A DNA stretch of 64,000 nucleotides from an uncultured Alphaproteobacteria bacterium (GTDB taxonomy: Bacteria > Pseudomonadota > Alphaproteobacteria > Rhizobiales > Methyloligellaceae). The notes beneath the pieces were generated by a model. It searched no databases. It worked only from the letters and a program-made list of their open reading frames with translations, and was not told where the DNA came from. Positions 9,723-23,757 of the stretch are shown here, in pieces. Positions within the stretch are counted from its first letter, which is position 1; the number at the start of each line of letters is the position of its first letter. A program made the position numbers and the translations under genes. The stretch lies in contig CAWDRM010000018.1 of the NCBI GenBank assembly GCA_963804705.1, positions 343,675 through 407,674 of the forward strand, read 5' to 3'.

Positions 9723-10663
9723 ATGAAGGCCGATTTCTCAAATCCAATCTTCCACGATGAAACCAAAGCCCGTAAGTGGCTTGAAGCACGGATTTGGCCC
9801 GATGGCCCGATCTGCCCTCACTGTGGTGTCATTGACCAAGCCACGCTCATGCGTGGCAATTCTCATCGTCCTGGCCTCTATCAGTGCAACGCTTGTCACG
9901 AGCCGTTCACGGTCACCGTAGGTACTCTGTATGAGCGCAGCCACATTCCACTGCACAAGTGGCTTGCCGCTACGCATCTCATGATGGCGTCCAAGAAGGG
10001 CATGAGCGCCCTTCAAATCGGTCGTCTATTGGGCTTCAGCAAAAAGACAGCGTGGTTTGTTTGCCATCGCATCCGTGAGTCATTGCGCGAGATCAACCCC
10101 GACATGATCGGCGGCGAGGCATGACCGTCGAAATTGACGAAAGCTTTGTCGGCGGCCTTGATAAAAACAAGCATCGCAGCAAACACAAGCACCAAGGAAC
10201 AGGCGGAACTGGCAAGGAAGCCGTATTTGCTTTAGTCGAGCGCGGCGGTCGTGTTCGCTCTCACCATGTCCCTGCTGTCAACGCGAAAACTCTCCGCCCG
10301 ATCCTTTAGGCTCAACTCCACGGAGCAACTATCGTCATGACTGACGAGGGAGGAACGATGAGGTTCGTTGGCAGCGATTTCGAGCGACAGTCAGTCAACC
10401 ACAGCATCCGCGAATATGTGAGAGGCGATGCCCACACAAATACAATCGAAGGCTATTTCTCAATCCTCAAGCGCTGCATCAATGGCGTGTATCACCATGT
10501 CAGCCAACAACATTTGAAGCGCTATCTCGCTGAGTTCGATTTCCGATACAACGAGCGCTCAGCACTAGGCGTGAGCGATGCCGAACGTATGGAAAAATCG
10601 GTTGGTGGCATCGTGGGCAAGAGATTGACCTATCGGCGGACTGACGAAGCCGAAGACGCTTAG
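9723..10663 (+). pseudogene. IS1595-family (ISXO2-like DDE) transposase, disrupted
   Basis: Three collinear pieces. 9723..10124 carries the zinc ribbon CPHC..CNAC plus an HTH-like part. 10121..10309 carries ..VEIDESFVGG... 10337..10663 carries ..HTNTIEGYFSILKR..YLAEFDFRYNER... Piece 1 to 2 needs a frame change near 10110-10124. Pieces 2 and 3 share a frame but are separated by TAG 10307-10309. Confidence 0.8.
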
Positions 10664-10718
10664 GAAGAAGGCAAAGCACTTTCTGCGTTGGCGAAAAAAA
10701 ACTAGATCTCTTTATCCG

Positions 10719-10988
10719 ATGAAGAGGGATGATTCCATGAAGGATGATCCGGGTTTAGTTGTTTTTCCAGGACCAGGGCCGTTCTCATTGCCAGTTGTGC
10801 AAGACGCCAAAGCGCTTGGCGGATCAGACGGTGTAGAAATGATTCTATACTGCCTGATCCCTGGCGATCCGGAACCACGCCCGATACGGGCTCAGATGGT
10901 TCACTGGGTGGCCCAAAAGCTGGCAGAGCAGCTGGTGAGTGCAGCAATTGATGCTGAGTGGTCAAGTAAGCACTCCTATAGCCGCTAA
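10719..10988 (+). CDS. hypothetical IS passenger ORF (89 aa)
   Basis: ORF with mixed, protein-like composition. The competing antisense ORF 10702..10965 is S/P/L/Q-rich. No family recognised, so this is a weak call. Confidence 0.3.
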   Translation: MKRDDSMKDDPGLVVFPGPGPFSLPVVQDAKALGGSDGVEMILYCLIPGDPEPRPIRAQMVHWVAQKLAEQLVSAAIDAEWSSKHSYSR

Positions 10989-11176
10989 GCCCGCGTCTTG
11001 CCTTTGTGAACTCGCCCCTTGCTGACTGGGCGTGTCTTAGATTTGGTGGCAGGTGGCCGATGCTTTGGCCCGCTCTTTATGGCAGCATCGATGGCGCTGC
11101 CAAAACGCTCCCATCCGTCTGACCGAAGTTCTACCTTGCCGTGATCCTTACGAAGGTTCGCCATGTGTCGCATCAA
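10985..11176 (-). CDS. hypothetical small basic protein (63 aa)
   Basis: The only ORF of 60 aa or more covering 10989-11162. The N-half looks structured (ANLRKDHGKVELRSDGWERFGSAIDAAIKSG) and the tail is Lys/Arg-rich (PKHRPPATKSKTRPVSKGRVHKGKTRA). No family recognised. Confidence 0.4.
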   Translation of the reverse strand: MMRHMANLRKDHGKVELRSDGWERFGSAIDAAIKSGPKHRPPATKSKTRPVSKGRVHKGKTRA

Positions 11177-11210
11177 TCCTGCTTTTCACAGACATCCAGA
11201 CGAACCTGCA

Positions 11211-11855
11211 ATGATAGGGCGCCTCGTCATTGCATTTGGAGAACTTGAATATATCACAGTCACGATTGCCGGTAGGGCAATGAGCCATCGAGAAGCAGTC
11301 TACAGAGCCCTTTATCGCCCAAGATCGACATCCAGTCGTATCGAAGCTGCCGACGCCCTAATGCGCCCTACCTTTATTGCCAACGATTTGGACGGCGAAT
11401 ATGAGCACATGATCGGCGCTGTCCGAGACGGCCTTCGGATTCGCAATCAATACTCTCATTGCAATTGGGCCGACAACGGAGGCCTCTTCTTCACTAACTT
11501 AGAAGACTCGTCGGCTCCCGCGACAGGCTTTGAACATCGCTGGCACCACGTGGACGTGCCAGTATTGGAAGCGCAAGAGGCCTATTTCGTTTACGCACAA
11601 AGTTGGCTGTATCACATGGAGTACCAAGCTTCAGTTATTGCCGGAAGGCCAATATACCCAGCTCCTCCAGCGCCCCCAGCACAGAACCGACCGCCTCTGC
11701 ATAATCCTCCTCTCCAACATATCCCTCCGTGGCTAGGCGCAGCAGAGAAAGACCGTCACGTAGAACGTGCTCAGGCAGCCGAAGAACGCGCCCATTCACG
11801 TCAACGCAAACAATCTGGTCCGAAAGAGACGCCATCGGTTGAGGATAGCGAATGA
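11211..11855 (+). CDS. hypothetical protein with RNxxxH (HEPN-like) motif
   Basis: ORF 11163..11855. ATG 11211 (MIGRLVIAFGELEY..) is preferred because 11163 overlaps the divergent small ORF. It contains ..AVRDGLRIRNQYSHCNW.. (R-N-x3-H at nt 11442-11459). The C-terminal ~70 aa are Pro-rich and charged, and are overlapped by antisense ORF 11635..11886. Confidence 0.5.
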   Translation: MIGRLVIAFGELEYITVTIAGRAMSHREAVYRALYRPRSTSSRIEAADALMRPTFIANDLDGEYEHMIGAVRDGLRIRNQYSHCNWADNGGLFFTNLEDSSAPATGFEHRWHHVDVPVLEAQEAYFVYAQSWLYHMEYQASVIAGRPIYPAPPAPPAQNRPPLHNPPLQHIPPWLGAAEKDRHVERAQAAEERAHSRQRKQSGPKETPSVEDSE

Positions 11856-11900
11856 GCGCATTTCTTTTGTGTGTCTTCGGTAGCAAGCGGCTGTTGCGGT

Positions 11901-11962
11901 GTATCTAGCATAAGTGTCCTACTATGTTAAAGTGATAATTCCCCCCTAATTAGGACAGCACC
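11901..11962 (-). repeat. IS right terminal inverted repeat
   Basis: Reverse complement matches 9635-9696 (see left IR). Each IR contains the CCTAATTAGG palindrome. Confidence 0.75.
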
Positions 11963-11969
11963 GCTCTAC
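11963..11969. repeat. target-site duplication, right copy (GCTCTAC)
   Basis: Same 7-mer as 9628-9634, immediately outside IR-R. Confidence 0.7.
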
Positions 11970-12324
11970 TGACACCGGCCTTTGCCGACGATGCCGGCCG
12001 CTGCAGCGGTTGCGGCTGCAAGGGTGGTCCGGGCTGGCGGGGCACCGACGGCGCGTGCGTTCATGCGGCAACGCTTACGCAAATCTGCGGCTCGCCCCCT
12101 GGCGCACCCTGCAAGTAGGAAGCCGCAGGGCGGGTGTGCTTCGGAAATCAATCGGCCTCGACGAACCGCAAGGCCAATACCCAACCGTAATAGCCGTAGG
12201 CGCTTCGCGGACTGTCGTCGCTTCTTCGTTTGCGTCGGCGCCGGATGGGAGCCTAAGCTCCAAGGCAATGCCGGCGTTCGTGGATAGCGTGCAAGCCCCC
12301 TCCTCCAACCAAAGCGGAGACGCA

Positions 12325-13308
12325 ATGCCGAGCGGGCCGCAGCCGACGCCGCCCAAGCCGCCACCAATGCCTAACCCGCCGGCGGATACCGCCTCGCCCG
12401 AGACCGCCAGCATCCTTTATCTTGCGAGCATCGAGGTTCCGGCCAGGTCGGCGGACCGTATCGGGGCTGCGCTCGAAGCGGCAGAGGCTCCCGCCGCTGT
12501 CGCCGTGGCGCTGTTCGACCGGGGGCGCGGTCGGGTCGAGGTCTCGGCGCACTACACCGAGGAGCCTGCCCGCGACGAACTTATCGAGTTGCTCCGGAAC
12601 GCGGGCGGGACGAACGACCTTGGCGCTCTACGCATCGAGCAGCTTGCCGATCGGGACTGGGTGTCGCAAGCGGAGGCCATGCGGGGTCCGGTCCGCGCCG
12701 GTCGCTTTCTCCTGCATGGCGCCCACGACCGTGGCAAAATCCCGCGCGGGCGTTGCACGCTCGAGATCGATGCAGGGCTCGCCTTCGGCACGGCGCATCA
12801 TGCGAGCACGCGAGGCTGCCTCCTCGCGCTTGATGCGCTGTTCAAGCGCCGCCGCCCCAGAGCCGTTCTCGACATCGGCACCGGGACCGGCATCCTCGCC
12901 ATCGCCGCGGCCAAGGTGCTTGCCTCACGCGTGGTCGCGACGGACGCGGATGCCAAAGCCGTGGCGGTCGCCATTGCCAATGCCAGGACGAATGCCGCTG
13001 CGTCTTTTGTCAGCGTGGTGCAGGCTACAGGTTTGGCCCATCCGCGCTTGAGGCGATTCCACGCCGATCTGCTATTGGCCAATCTGACGCCGCCCGTCCT
13101 TCTCGCGCTTGCGGCAAGTTTCGCCCGTCATATCGTCCCGGGAGGGATCGCCGCGCTGTCCGGCATCGAACAGGCCGGAACGGTCGAAGCCCGCTACCGG
13201 GCGGCCGGCTTCATCCTGAAAAGCCGAAATCCTTCTCGATGGATGGACGACGCTGATCTTAGTCCGTCGCAATATGAAGGCGGTCCGCGATTGATCCCTC
13301 GCGATTGA
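12325..13308 (+). CDS. prmA: ribosomal protein L11 methyltransferase
   Basis: SAM-binding VLDIGTGTGILAIAAAK and PrmA-like organisation. The ORF opens at TTG 12010 with an Arg-rich, implausible leader. ATG 12325 is chosen here, 12268 is also possible, and the start remains uncertain. Confidence 0.8.
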   Translation: MPSGPQPTPPKPPPMPNPPADTASPETASILYLASIEVPARSADRIGAALEAAEAPAAVAVALFDRGRGRVEVSAHYTEEPARDELIELLRNAGGTNDLGALRIEQLADRDWVSQAEAMRGPVRAGRFLLHGAHDRGKIPRGRCTLEIDAGLAFGTAHHASTRGCLLALDALFKRRRPRAVLDIGTGTGILAIAAAKVLASRVVATDADAKAVAVAIANARTNAAASFVSVVQATGLAHPRLRRFHADLLLANLTPPVLLALAASFARHIVPGGIAALSGIEQAGTVEARYRAAGFILKSRNPSRWMDDADLSPSQYEGGPRLIPRD

Positions 13309-13369
13309 TCGGGAGCGATTGGTCACTCGTGATTGATCGGAAGCAACTCCCGGCCTACAAGGCTGAACC

Positions 13370-15187
13370 ATGTTCCAAAGCTTCGATGAGGTCACTTCGC
13401 CGGGCGCTGCGACGGAACGCGTCCAGGCGTTGCGGCGGGAGCTCAAAGCGCGAAAGCTCGACGGCTTTCTCGTCCCGCATAGCGACGAGCATCAGGACGA
13501 GTTCCTTCCCCCTTCTGCTGAGCGCTTGCGCTGGCTCACCGGCTTCACCGGGTCGGCGGGAACGGCGATCGTCGTAGAGGACAGTGCGGCGCTGTTCGTG
13601 GACGGCCGCTACAGCCTCCAGGCGCGCGCACAGGCCGACACGTCCCTGTTCGAGGTGCTTCAGGTCCCTGAGGCCAAGGCCTCCAAATGGCTGGTGAGCA
13701 AGCTCGCCAAGGACGCCATCGTCGGCTACGACCCGCGCCTACACACCATCAAGGAGATGGAGCGCCTTACCGAGACTTTGGGAAAGGCCGGCATTCGCCT
13801 CGAGCCGCAGGCGATCAACCCGATCGATGTGTTGTGGCAGGACCGGCCGGCGCCCCCTGCCGCGCCATTGGTGCCGCACGGGCTCGAATTCGCCGGGAGG
13901 AGCGCGAAGGACAAGATCGCCGAGCTGCAGGAGGTGCTGAAGCGGGACAAGGCCGATGCCGTCCTGCTGACCATGCTCAATTCCATCGCCTGGCTCTTCA
14001 ATATCCGCGGCGGCGACATCAGCCACACCCCCGTGACGCTCGCCTTTGCCATCGTGCCGGCGTGCGGCAAGGCCTCGCTGTTCATCGATCCGGCCAAGGT
14101 CGGCGACAATGTGCGCTGCCATCTCAAGGAGGCCGTCGAGGTCCTTTCCCCCGAGGCGCTGGATGGGGCGCTCAAGACCCTTGGAACGACAGGCGCCCGC
14201 ATACGCATGGATCCCGAGACGGCGCCGGTCCGCTTTGCGCAACTGCTTGAAGCGGAAGGCGCCACGCTCGTCCCTGGCGAGGACCCTTGCATCCTGCCCA
14301 AGGCGATCAAGAACGAGACCGAGATTGCCGGCGCGCGAGCAGCGCATCTCCGCGATGGCGCCGCACTCGCCCGGTTCCTCGCTTGGCTCGATGGCGACGC
14401 CGCCTTGGGACGCATCGACGAGGTGGGGGCGGCGGTGAAGCTCGAGGGGTTCCGGCGCGAGACCGGCCAGCTCAAGGATCTCAGCTTCGACAGCATCTCG
14501 GCGGCGGGGCCGCATGGCGCGGTCGTCCATTACCGGCCGACCATGGCGAGCAACCGGACGCTCGAGCCGGGCTCGCTCTATCTGATCAATTCCGGCACGC
14601 AATATGCCGACGGGACCACCGACGTGACCCGCACCATCGCCATCGGCAAACCCAGCGCCGACATGCGGCGGCACTACACTTTGGTGCTGAAAGCGCATAT
14701 CGGCATCGCCTCGGCGCGGTTTCCCAAAGGCACGCGCGGCCAGGACCTCGACCCGTTTGCCCGGCGGCCGCTGTGGGACGCTGGCCTCGACTTCGATCAC
14801 GGCACCGGGCACGGCGTCGGCAGCTATCTCTCGGTGCATGAGCCGCCGCAGCGCCTCTCCCGGCACGGCACCGTCGAGCTGCGCCCAGGCATGATCCTGT
14901 CCAACGAGCCAGGCTATTACCGCGAAGGCGAATACGGCATCAGGCTCGAAAACCTCGTGTTGGTGACACCGCTTAGCGCCATCGAGGGCGGCACGCGCGC
15001 GATGATGGGCTTCGAGACGCTGACGCTCGTGCCCTTCGACCGCCGGCTCATCGATCCCGATATGCTGACCCGCGAGGAGCTCGCCTGGCTCAACGCCTAT
15101 CATGCCGAAGTTCGGGACAAGATCGAGCTGTTGCTCAAAAGCGGCGACCGTACGTGGCTCGTCCACGCCACGGCGCCCATCCGCTAA
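13370..15187 (+). CDS. aminopeptidase P family (M24B Xaa-Pro aminopeptidase)
   Basis: 605-aa ORF with the creatinase/prolidase N-domains and the M24 catalytic domain (..DGTTDVTRT..HGTGHGVGSYLSVHE..SNEPGYY..GIRLEN..). Confidence 0.85.
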   Translation: MFQSFDEVTSPGAATERVQALRRELKARKLDGFLVPHSDEHQDEFLPPSAERLRWLTGFTGSAGTAIVVEDSAALFVDGRYSLQARAQADTSLFEVLQVPEAKASKWLVSKLAKDAIVGYDPRLHTIKEMERLTETLGKAGIRLEPQAINPIDVLWQDRPAPPAAPLVPHGLEFAGRSAKDKIAELQEVLKRDKADAVLLTMLNSIAWLFNIRGGDISHTPVTLAFAIVPACGKASLFIDPAKVGDNVRCHLKEAVEVLSPEALDGALKTLGTTGARIRMDPETAPVRFAQLLEAEGATLVPGEDPCILPKAIKNETEIAGARAAHLRDGAALARFLAWLDGDAALGRIDEVGAAVKLEGFRRETGQLKDLSFDSISAAGPHGAVVHYRPTMASNRTLEPGSLYLINSGTQYADGTTDVTRTIAIGKPSADMRRHYTLVLKAHIGIASARFPKGTRGQDLDPFARRPLWDAGLDFDHGTGHGVGSYLSVHEPPQRLSRHGTVELRPGMILSNEPGYYREGEYGIRLENLVLVTPLSAIEGGTRAMMGFETLTLVPFDRRLIDPDMLTREELAWLNAYHAEVRDKIELLLKSGDRTWLVHATAPIR

Positions 15188-15201
15188 GCCTGGGGCCACC
15201 G

Positions 15202-15450
15202 ATGGTATTCTGGGTGTCTGCCATCGCCGCAACGCTGACCACGGCGGCCTTCGTGCCGCAGGCGGTGCATATCATCCGCTACAAGGAGACCAAGGCCATC
15301 TCGCTCGTGATGTATGTCGCCTTTGCGAGCGGCGTGGCCCTTTGGCTCTTGTTCGGCGCGCTTATCGGCAATTGGCCGATCATGATCTCCAACGCCATCA
15401 CGCTGATGCTGACGCTCGCCATTGTGGGGATGAAGCTCCGCTACGGGTAG
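15202..15450 (+). CDS. SemiSWEET (PQ-loop, 3-TM sugar transporter half-unit)
   Basis: 82 aa from ATG 15202: MVFWVSAIAATLTTAAFVPQAVHIIRYKETKAIS..AIVGMKLRYG. PQ motif in TM1, 3 TM helices, and a C-terminal KLRYG as I recall for Bradyrhizobium SemiSWEET. Confidence 0.75.
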   Translation: MVFWVSAIAATLTTAAFVPQAVHIIRYKETKAISLVMYVAFASGVALWLLFGALIGNWPIMISNAITLMLTLAIVGMKLRYG

Positions 15451-15488
15451 GGGTTCAACGTGTCAGCCGAATCAGTCTATGGTGGGTC

Positions 15489-15698
15489 ATGGCTAGGACT
15501 CTGGCTCAGGCCCTCAATCAATTGACGACGCTCTCGCGCTGCCCTGGCTGCGGGCACGCGGTTCATTCCACCATCGCGCAGCTCAAGAAGAACCCGAAAT
15601 TTGCCTGTCCGTCTTGCGGCGGCGATTGCGACGTGCGCGAAGCTGTCATTTGGGCCGAGGCCCATGCGCGAAAGAGCTGGCTGAAGCGCGTCGCGTAA
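15489..15698 (+). CDS. hypothetical small zinc-ribbon protein (69 aa)
   Basis: MARTLAQALNQLTTLSRCPGCGHAVHSTIAQLKKNPKFACPSCGG.. has two CxxC pairs. The competing antisense ORF 15477..15710 has no motif. Convergent with ligA. Confidence 0.4.
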   Translation: MARTLAQALNQLTTLSRCPGCGHAVHSTIAQLKKNPKFACPSCGGDCDVREAVIWAEAHARKSWLKRVA

Positions 15699-15729
15699 TT
15701 CCTGAGACAAAGACCGAAACGCCCTCGGC

Positions 15730-19565
<3,836 letters not shown>

Positions 19566-19575
19566 GGCGCGCGCC

Positions 19576-20487
19576 TTAGGCGGGCTTGCCGTCGCCCTTC
19601 CAGGTTTTCGTGATCCACGATCCCTCGTGCGTCTGCGGCTTGATGCCTTGCTTTTGCAGAAGCGTGTAAGAGTTCTGGTACCACTTACTATCCGGGAAGT
19701 TGTAACCGAGGACGGCGGCAGCCGTTTGCGCCTCGGGGATGATGCCTAACGCCATATAGGCCTCGGTCAGGCAACTCAAGGCCTCTTCGATCTGGGCGGT
19801 GGTCTGGTAATCGGTCACCACCACGCGGAAGCGGTTGATCGCCGCGAGATAATTGTTGTGGCGCAAATAGAAGCGCCCAACCTGCATCTCGCTCGCCGCC
19901 AAGAGGTCGCGCAGGATGCGGGCGCGGTTTTGCGCATCCCCAGCATAGCGCGAGTCGGGGTAGCGCTGGAGCAAGGTTAGATAGGCCTGCAGGGCCTTGC
20001 GCGCGTTGGTCTGGTCGCGCTTCGGATCGAGCACCTGATCGTAATAGGACATGCCAATCACGTTCTGCGCGAGATCGGATTCCGGCGTGCCGGGGTGGAG
20101 CGTGAGATAGCGGTCGGCGGCAGAGACCGCGTCGTCGTATTTTCCAGCTTTGTAATAGGCGTAAGCCGCCATCACGATCGCCCGCCGTGCCTCTTGCGAA
20201 TAGGGGTGATTGATGTCGACCTCTTCATACTCCTTGGCGGCTTCCGCGTAGCTCTGCCGGTCGAGAAGGCTATCGGCCTTGCCGTAGATCACGTCCGGCG
20301 GCGAGGTGTCCTCGACCTCCTTCTTCTTGCCCCACAGCGAGCCGCAGCCCGCAACGAGGCTCGCCGTAAGGAGCAAGACCCCCAGGGCGACGGGCAGACG
20401 CAACAGGCCATGGCCTGGCTGCGCAACCGAGCTCGATGTGGTGACCCTCAAGAAACCGTCCCCGCTACTTCCAGGCGCAAGGCTCAA
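19576..20487 (-). CDS. bamD: outer membrane protein assembly factor BamD (lipoprotein)
   Basis: Lipobox LVAGC followed by TPR-like YfiO/BamD repeats (..YAEAAKEYEEV..YYKAGKYDDAVSAADRYLTLHP..). The true start may lie downstream of 20487. Confidence 0.85.
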   Translation of the reverse strand: MSLAPGSSGDGFLRVTTSSSVAQPGHGLLRLPVALGVLLLTASLVAGCGSLWGKKKEVEDTSPPDVIYGKADSLLDRQSYAEAAKEYEEVDINHPYSQEARRAIVMAAYAYYKAGKYDDAVSAADRYLTLHPGTPESDLAQNVIGMSYYDQVLDPKRDQTNARKALQAYLTLLQRYPDSRYAGDAQNRARILRDLLAASEMQVGRFYLRHNNYLAAINRFRVVVTDYQTTAQIEEALSCLTEAYMALGIIPEAQTAAAVLGYNFPDSKWYQNSYTLLQKQGIKPQTHEGSWITKTWKGDGKPA

Positions 20488-20800
20488 GGAGGTGCCCGAT
20501 CCCCCTGTCAGCCAGGTTCTAGGCTAGAGCGGTTTCCCCTGCGGGGGAACCCGAAACCCGCTCGTTAGCCGTCAGTTTCTCGCGGTTTTTCAACGAAAGC
20601 TCGGACGAGCCCCGCCTCACCCCGCGTCTTGCGTAGACGGGAAGGAGCCAACCCCCTGATTATGGTGTTTTTTTGCTCGTGGCGCCGGCGCGCAGCGTTT
20701 GCCGTGGGCAATGGATGTCATTTTGCGAGTGTGGAACGCGACAAAGATCGAGGTCTGTGCCCGCAAAGGGAACTCTCGAAGCGGCTAGTGCGCTTGGCGC

Positions 20801-21754
20801 TTAGCTCCGCTCAGCCGCGAAATTCGCCGCCGCAAGGCGATGGCTGAACTCGGCGTGGCGAACCTCGCGGGCCGGCCGCGGAGCTTCGACCAAGGTCCAA
20901 GCCTCGGCGTCGGCGAACATGGCCTTGAGCACGAGGCTGTTCAGACGGTGGCCGCCACGGCGGGACCGGAAGGCCCCGAGGATCGGCGCACCGGCCAACG
21001 CCAAGTCGCCGACGGCGTCGAGCGCCTTGTGGCGCACGAACTCGTCGGTATAGCGGAGACCTTCACGGTTGATGATGCGGTCGTCGCCGATGGCGACGGT
21101 ATTCTCGAGCGAGGCGCCGAGCGCCAGACCCGCCGCCCAGAGCCGCTCCACGTCCTTCATGAAGCCGAAGGTCCGGGCCCGGGACAGCTCCCGGCGGAAA
21201 GAGCCGGGGTTGATGTCGATCTCGATCCGTTGATGTCCGATGAGGGAGGAGTCGAAGTCGATCTCGACGTCGAGACGGAAACCATTATGCGGAGAAAGCT
21301 CGCCATAGGCGCCGCCCTCCTCCACGCATACGCGTTTCAGAACTTTCAGGTAGCGGCGGGGAGCATCGAGCTCGACCAGCCCTACTTCGTCGATCGCCTC
21401 GACGAAACGGGCGGCGCTGCCATCCATGATCGGAACTTCGGGGCTGTCGATCTCGATCAGGGCGTTGTCGACGCCAAGGCCGCGGAGAGCCGCCATAAGG
21501 TGCTCGACGGTCGCCACCGAGGCGCCATTGCCATCACCAAGGATGGTACAAAGCGTTACACCCGTGACACACCGCTGGTCGGCGGTGATCTCGGTGCTTT
21601 CGGCGTCGCCGTTGGAGAGAAGGAAGCGTATGCCAGTATCGCCATCAGCCGGATAAAGGACGATAGAGACTGGCGCCCCGCTGTGAACCCCCGTGCCCGT
21701 CAGTGAGATTTCGCTGGCAAGCGTAGTTTGCCGTGCCCCAATAAATCCCTTCAT
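20801..21754 (-). CDS. lpxC: UDP-3-O-acyl-N-acetylglucosamine deacetylase
   Basis: LpxC-like throughout (MKGFIGARQTTLASEISLTGTGVHSG..TVEHLMAAL..HKALDAVGDL..). ATG 21754 is preferred over TTG 21763. Confidence 0.9.
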   Translation of the reverse strand: MKGFIGARQTTLASEISLTGTGVHSGAPVSIVLYPADGDTGIRFLLSNGDAESTEITADQRCVTGVTLCTILGDGNGASVATVEHLMAALRGLGVDNALIEIDSPEVPIMDGSAARFVEAIDEVGLVELDAPRRYLKVLKRVCVEEGGAYGELSPHNGFRLDVEIDFDSSLIGHQRIEIDINPGSFRRELSRARTFGFMKDVERLWAAGLALGASLENTVAIGDDRIINREGLRYTDEFVRHKALDAVGDLALAGAPILGAFRSRRGGHRLNSLVLKAMFADAEAWTLVEAPRPAREVRHAEFSHRLAAANFAAERS

Positions 21755-22027
21755 GGCCCCCAAGCCGTTCTTTGAGTTCCCTCTGGCTCGAGGTTAACTG
21801 CCCCGAACCCCCCCGTTTGGTCCCCCGCGCCCGTGGCACTTTGTGCCTTAGTGGGTCCCGGAGGATCACTCTATGCAAACCTTAATCCTCGGGTGTGGGT
21901 GCCGACAAATAACGGTTTGTTTCAATGTGTTACTGTACCCGCCACACTCTAACATTCTGAAACTACAGTGCTTTTTACCTCCCGCCAGCAGTCTTATCCC
22001 TCGTTCGCCCGCGCCAAGACGGGCCTC

Positions 22028-23710
<1,683 letters not shown>

Positions 23711-23757
23711 GGCGGCCTTCCGTTTCTCGATTCGTCCGTTTGTCCTGTTTAGCCCTG

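Larger units (their letters stand above)
9635..11962 (+). mobile_element. IS1595-family insertion sequence with passenger DNA (2328 bp), non-autonomous
   Basis: Bounded by imperfect terminal inverted repeats and a direct target duplication. It contains an ISXO2-like/IS1595-type transposase in three broken pieces plus about 1.2 kb of non-transposase sequence of visibly lower G+C. Confidence 0.8.

Noticed and set aside
10100-10130. Programmed -1 frameshift in the IS transposase (the ATGA overlap of pieces 1 and 2)
   Set aside because: There is no slippery heptamer or downstream structure, and I recall IS1595-family transposases as single-ORF proteins. A second lesion (TAG 10307-10309) also interrupts the gene, so decay is the simpler reading.
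10702-10965. 87-aa minus-strand ORF in the IS cargo
   Set aside because: Ser/Pro/Leu/Gln-rich translation that looks like the antisense of ORF 10719..10988. It is kept only as an alternative because neither strand has independent support.
11635-11886. 83-aa minus-strand ORF reading inward from IR-R
   Set aside because: It overlaps the Pro-rich tail of the 11211..11855 ORF. The composition is plausible (..VCVDVNGRVLRLPEHVLRDG..) but I see no motif or family. It cannot be excluded, and if real the HEPN-like ORF would end earlier than annotated.
13739-15232. 497-aa minus-strand ORF
   Set aside because: Antisense to the well-supported aminopeptidase P gene, and no recognisable motif.
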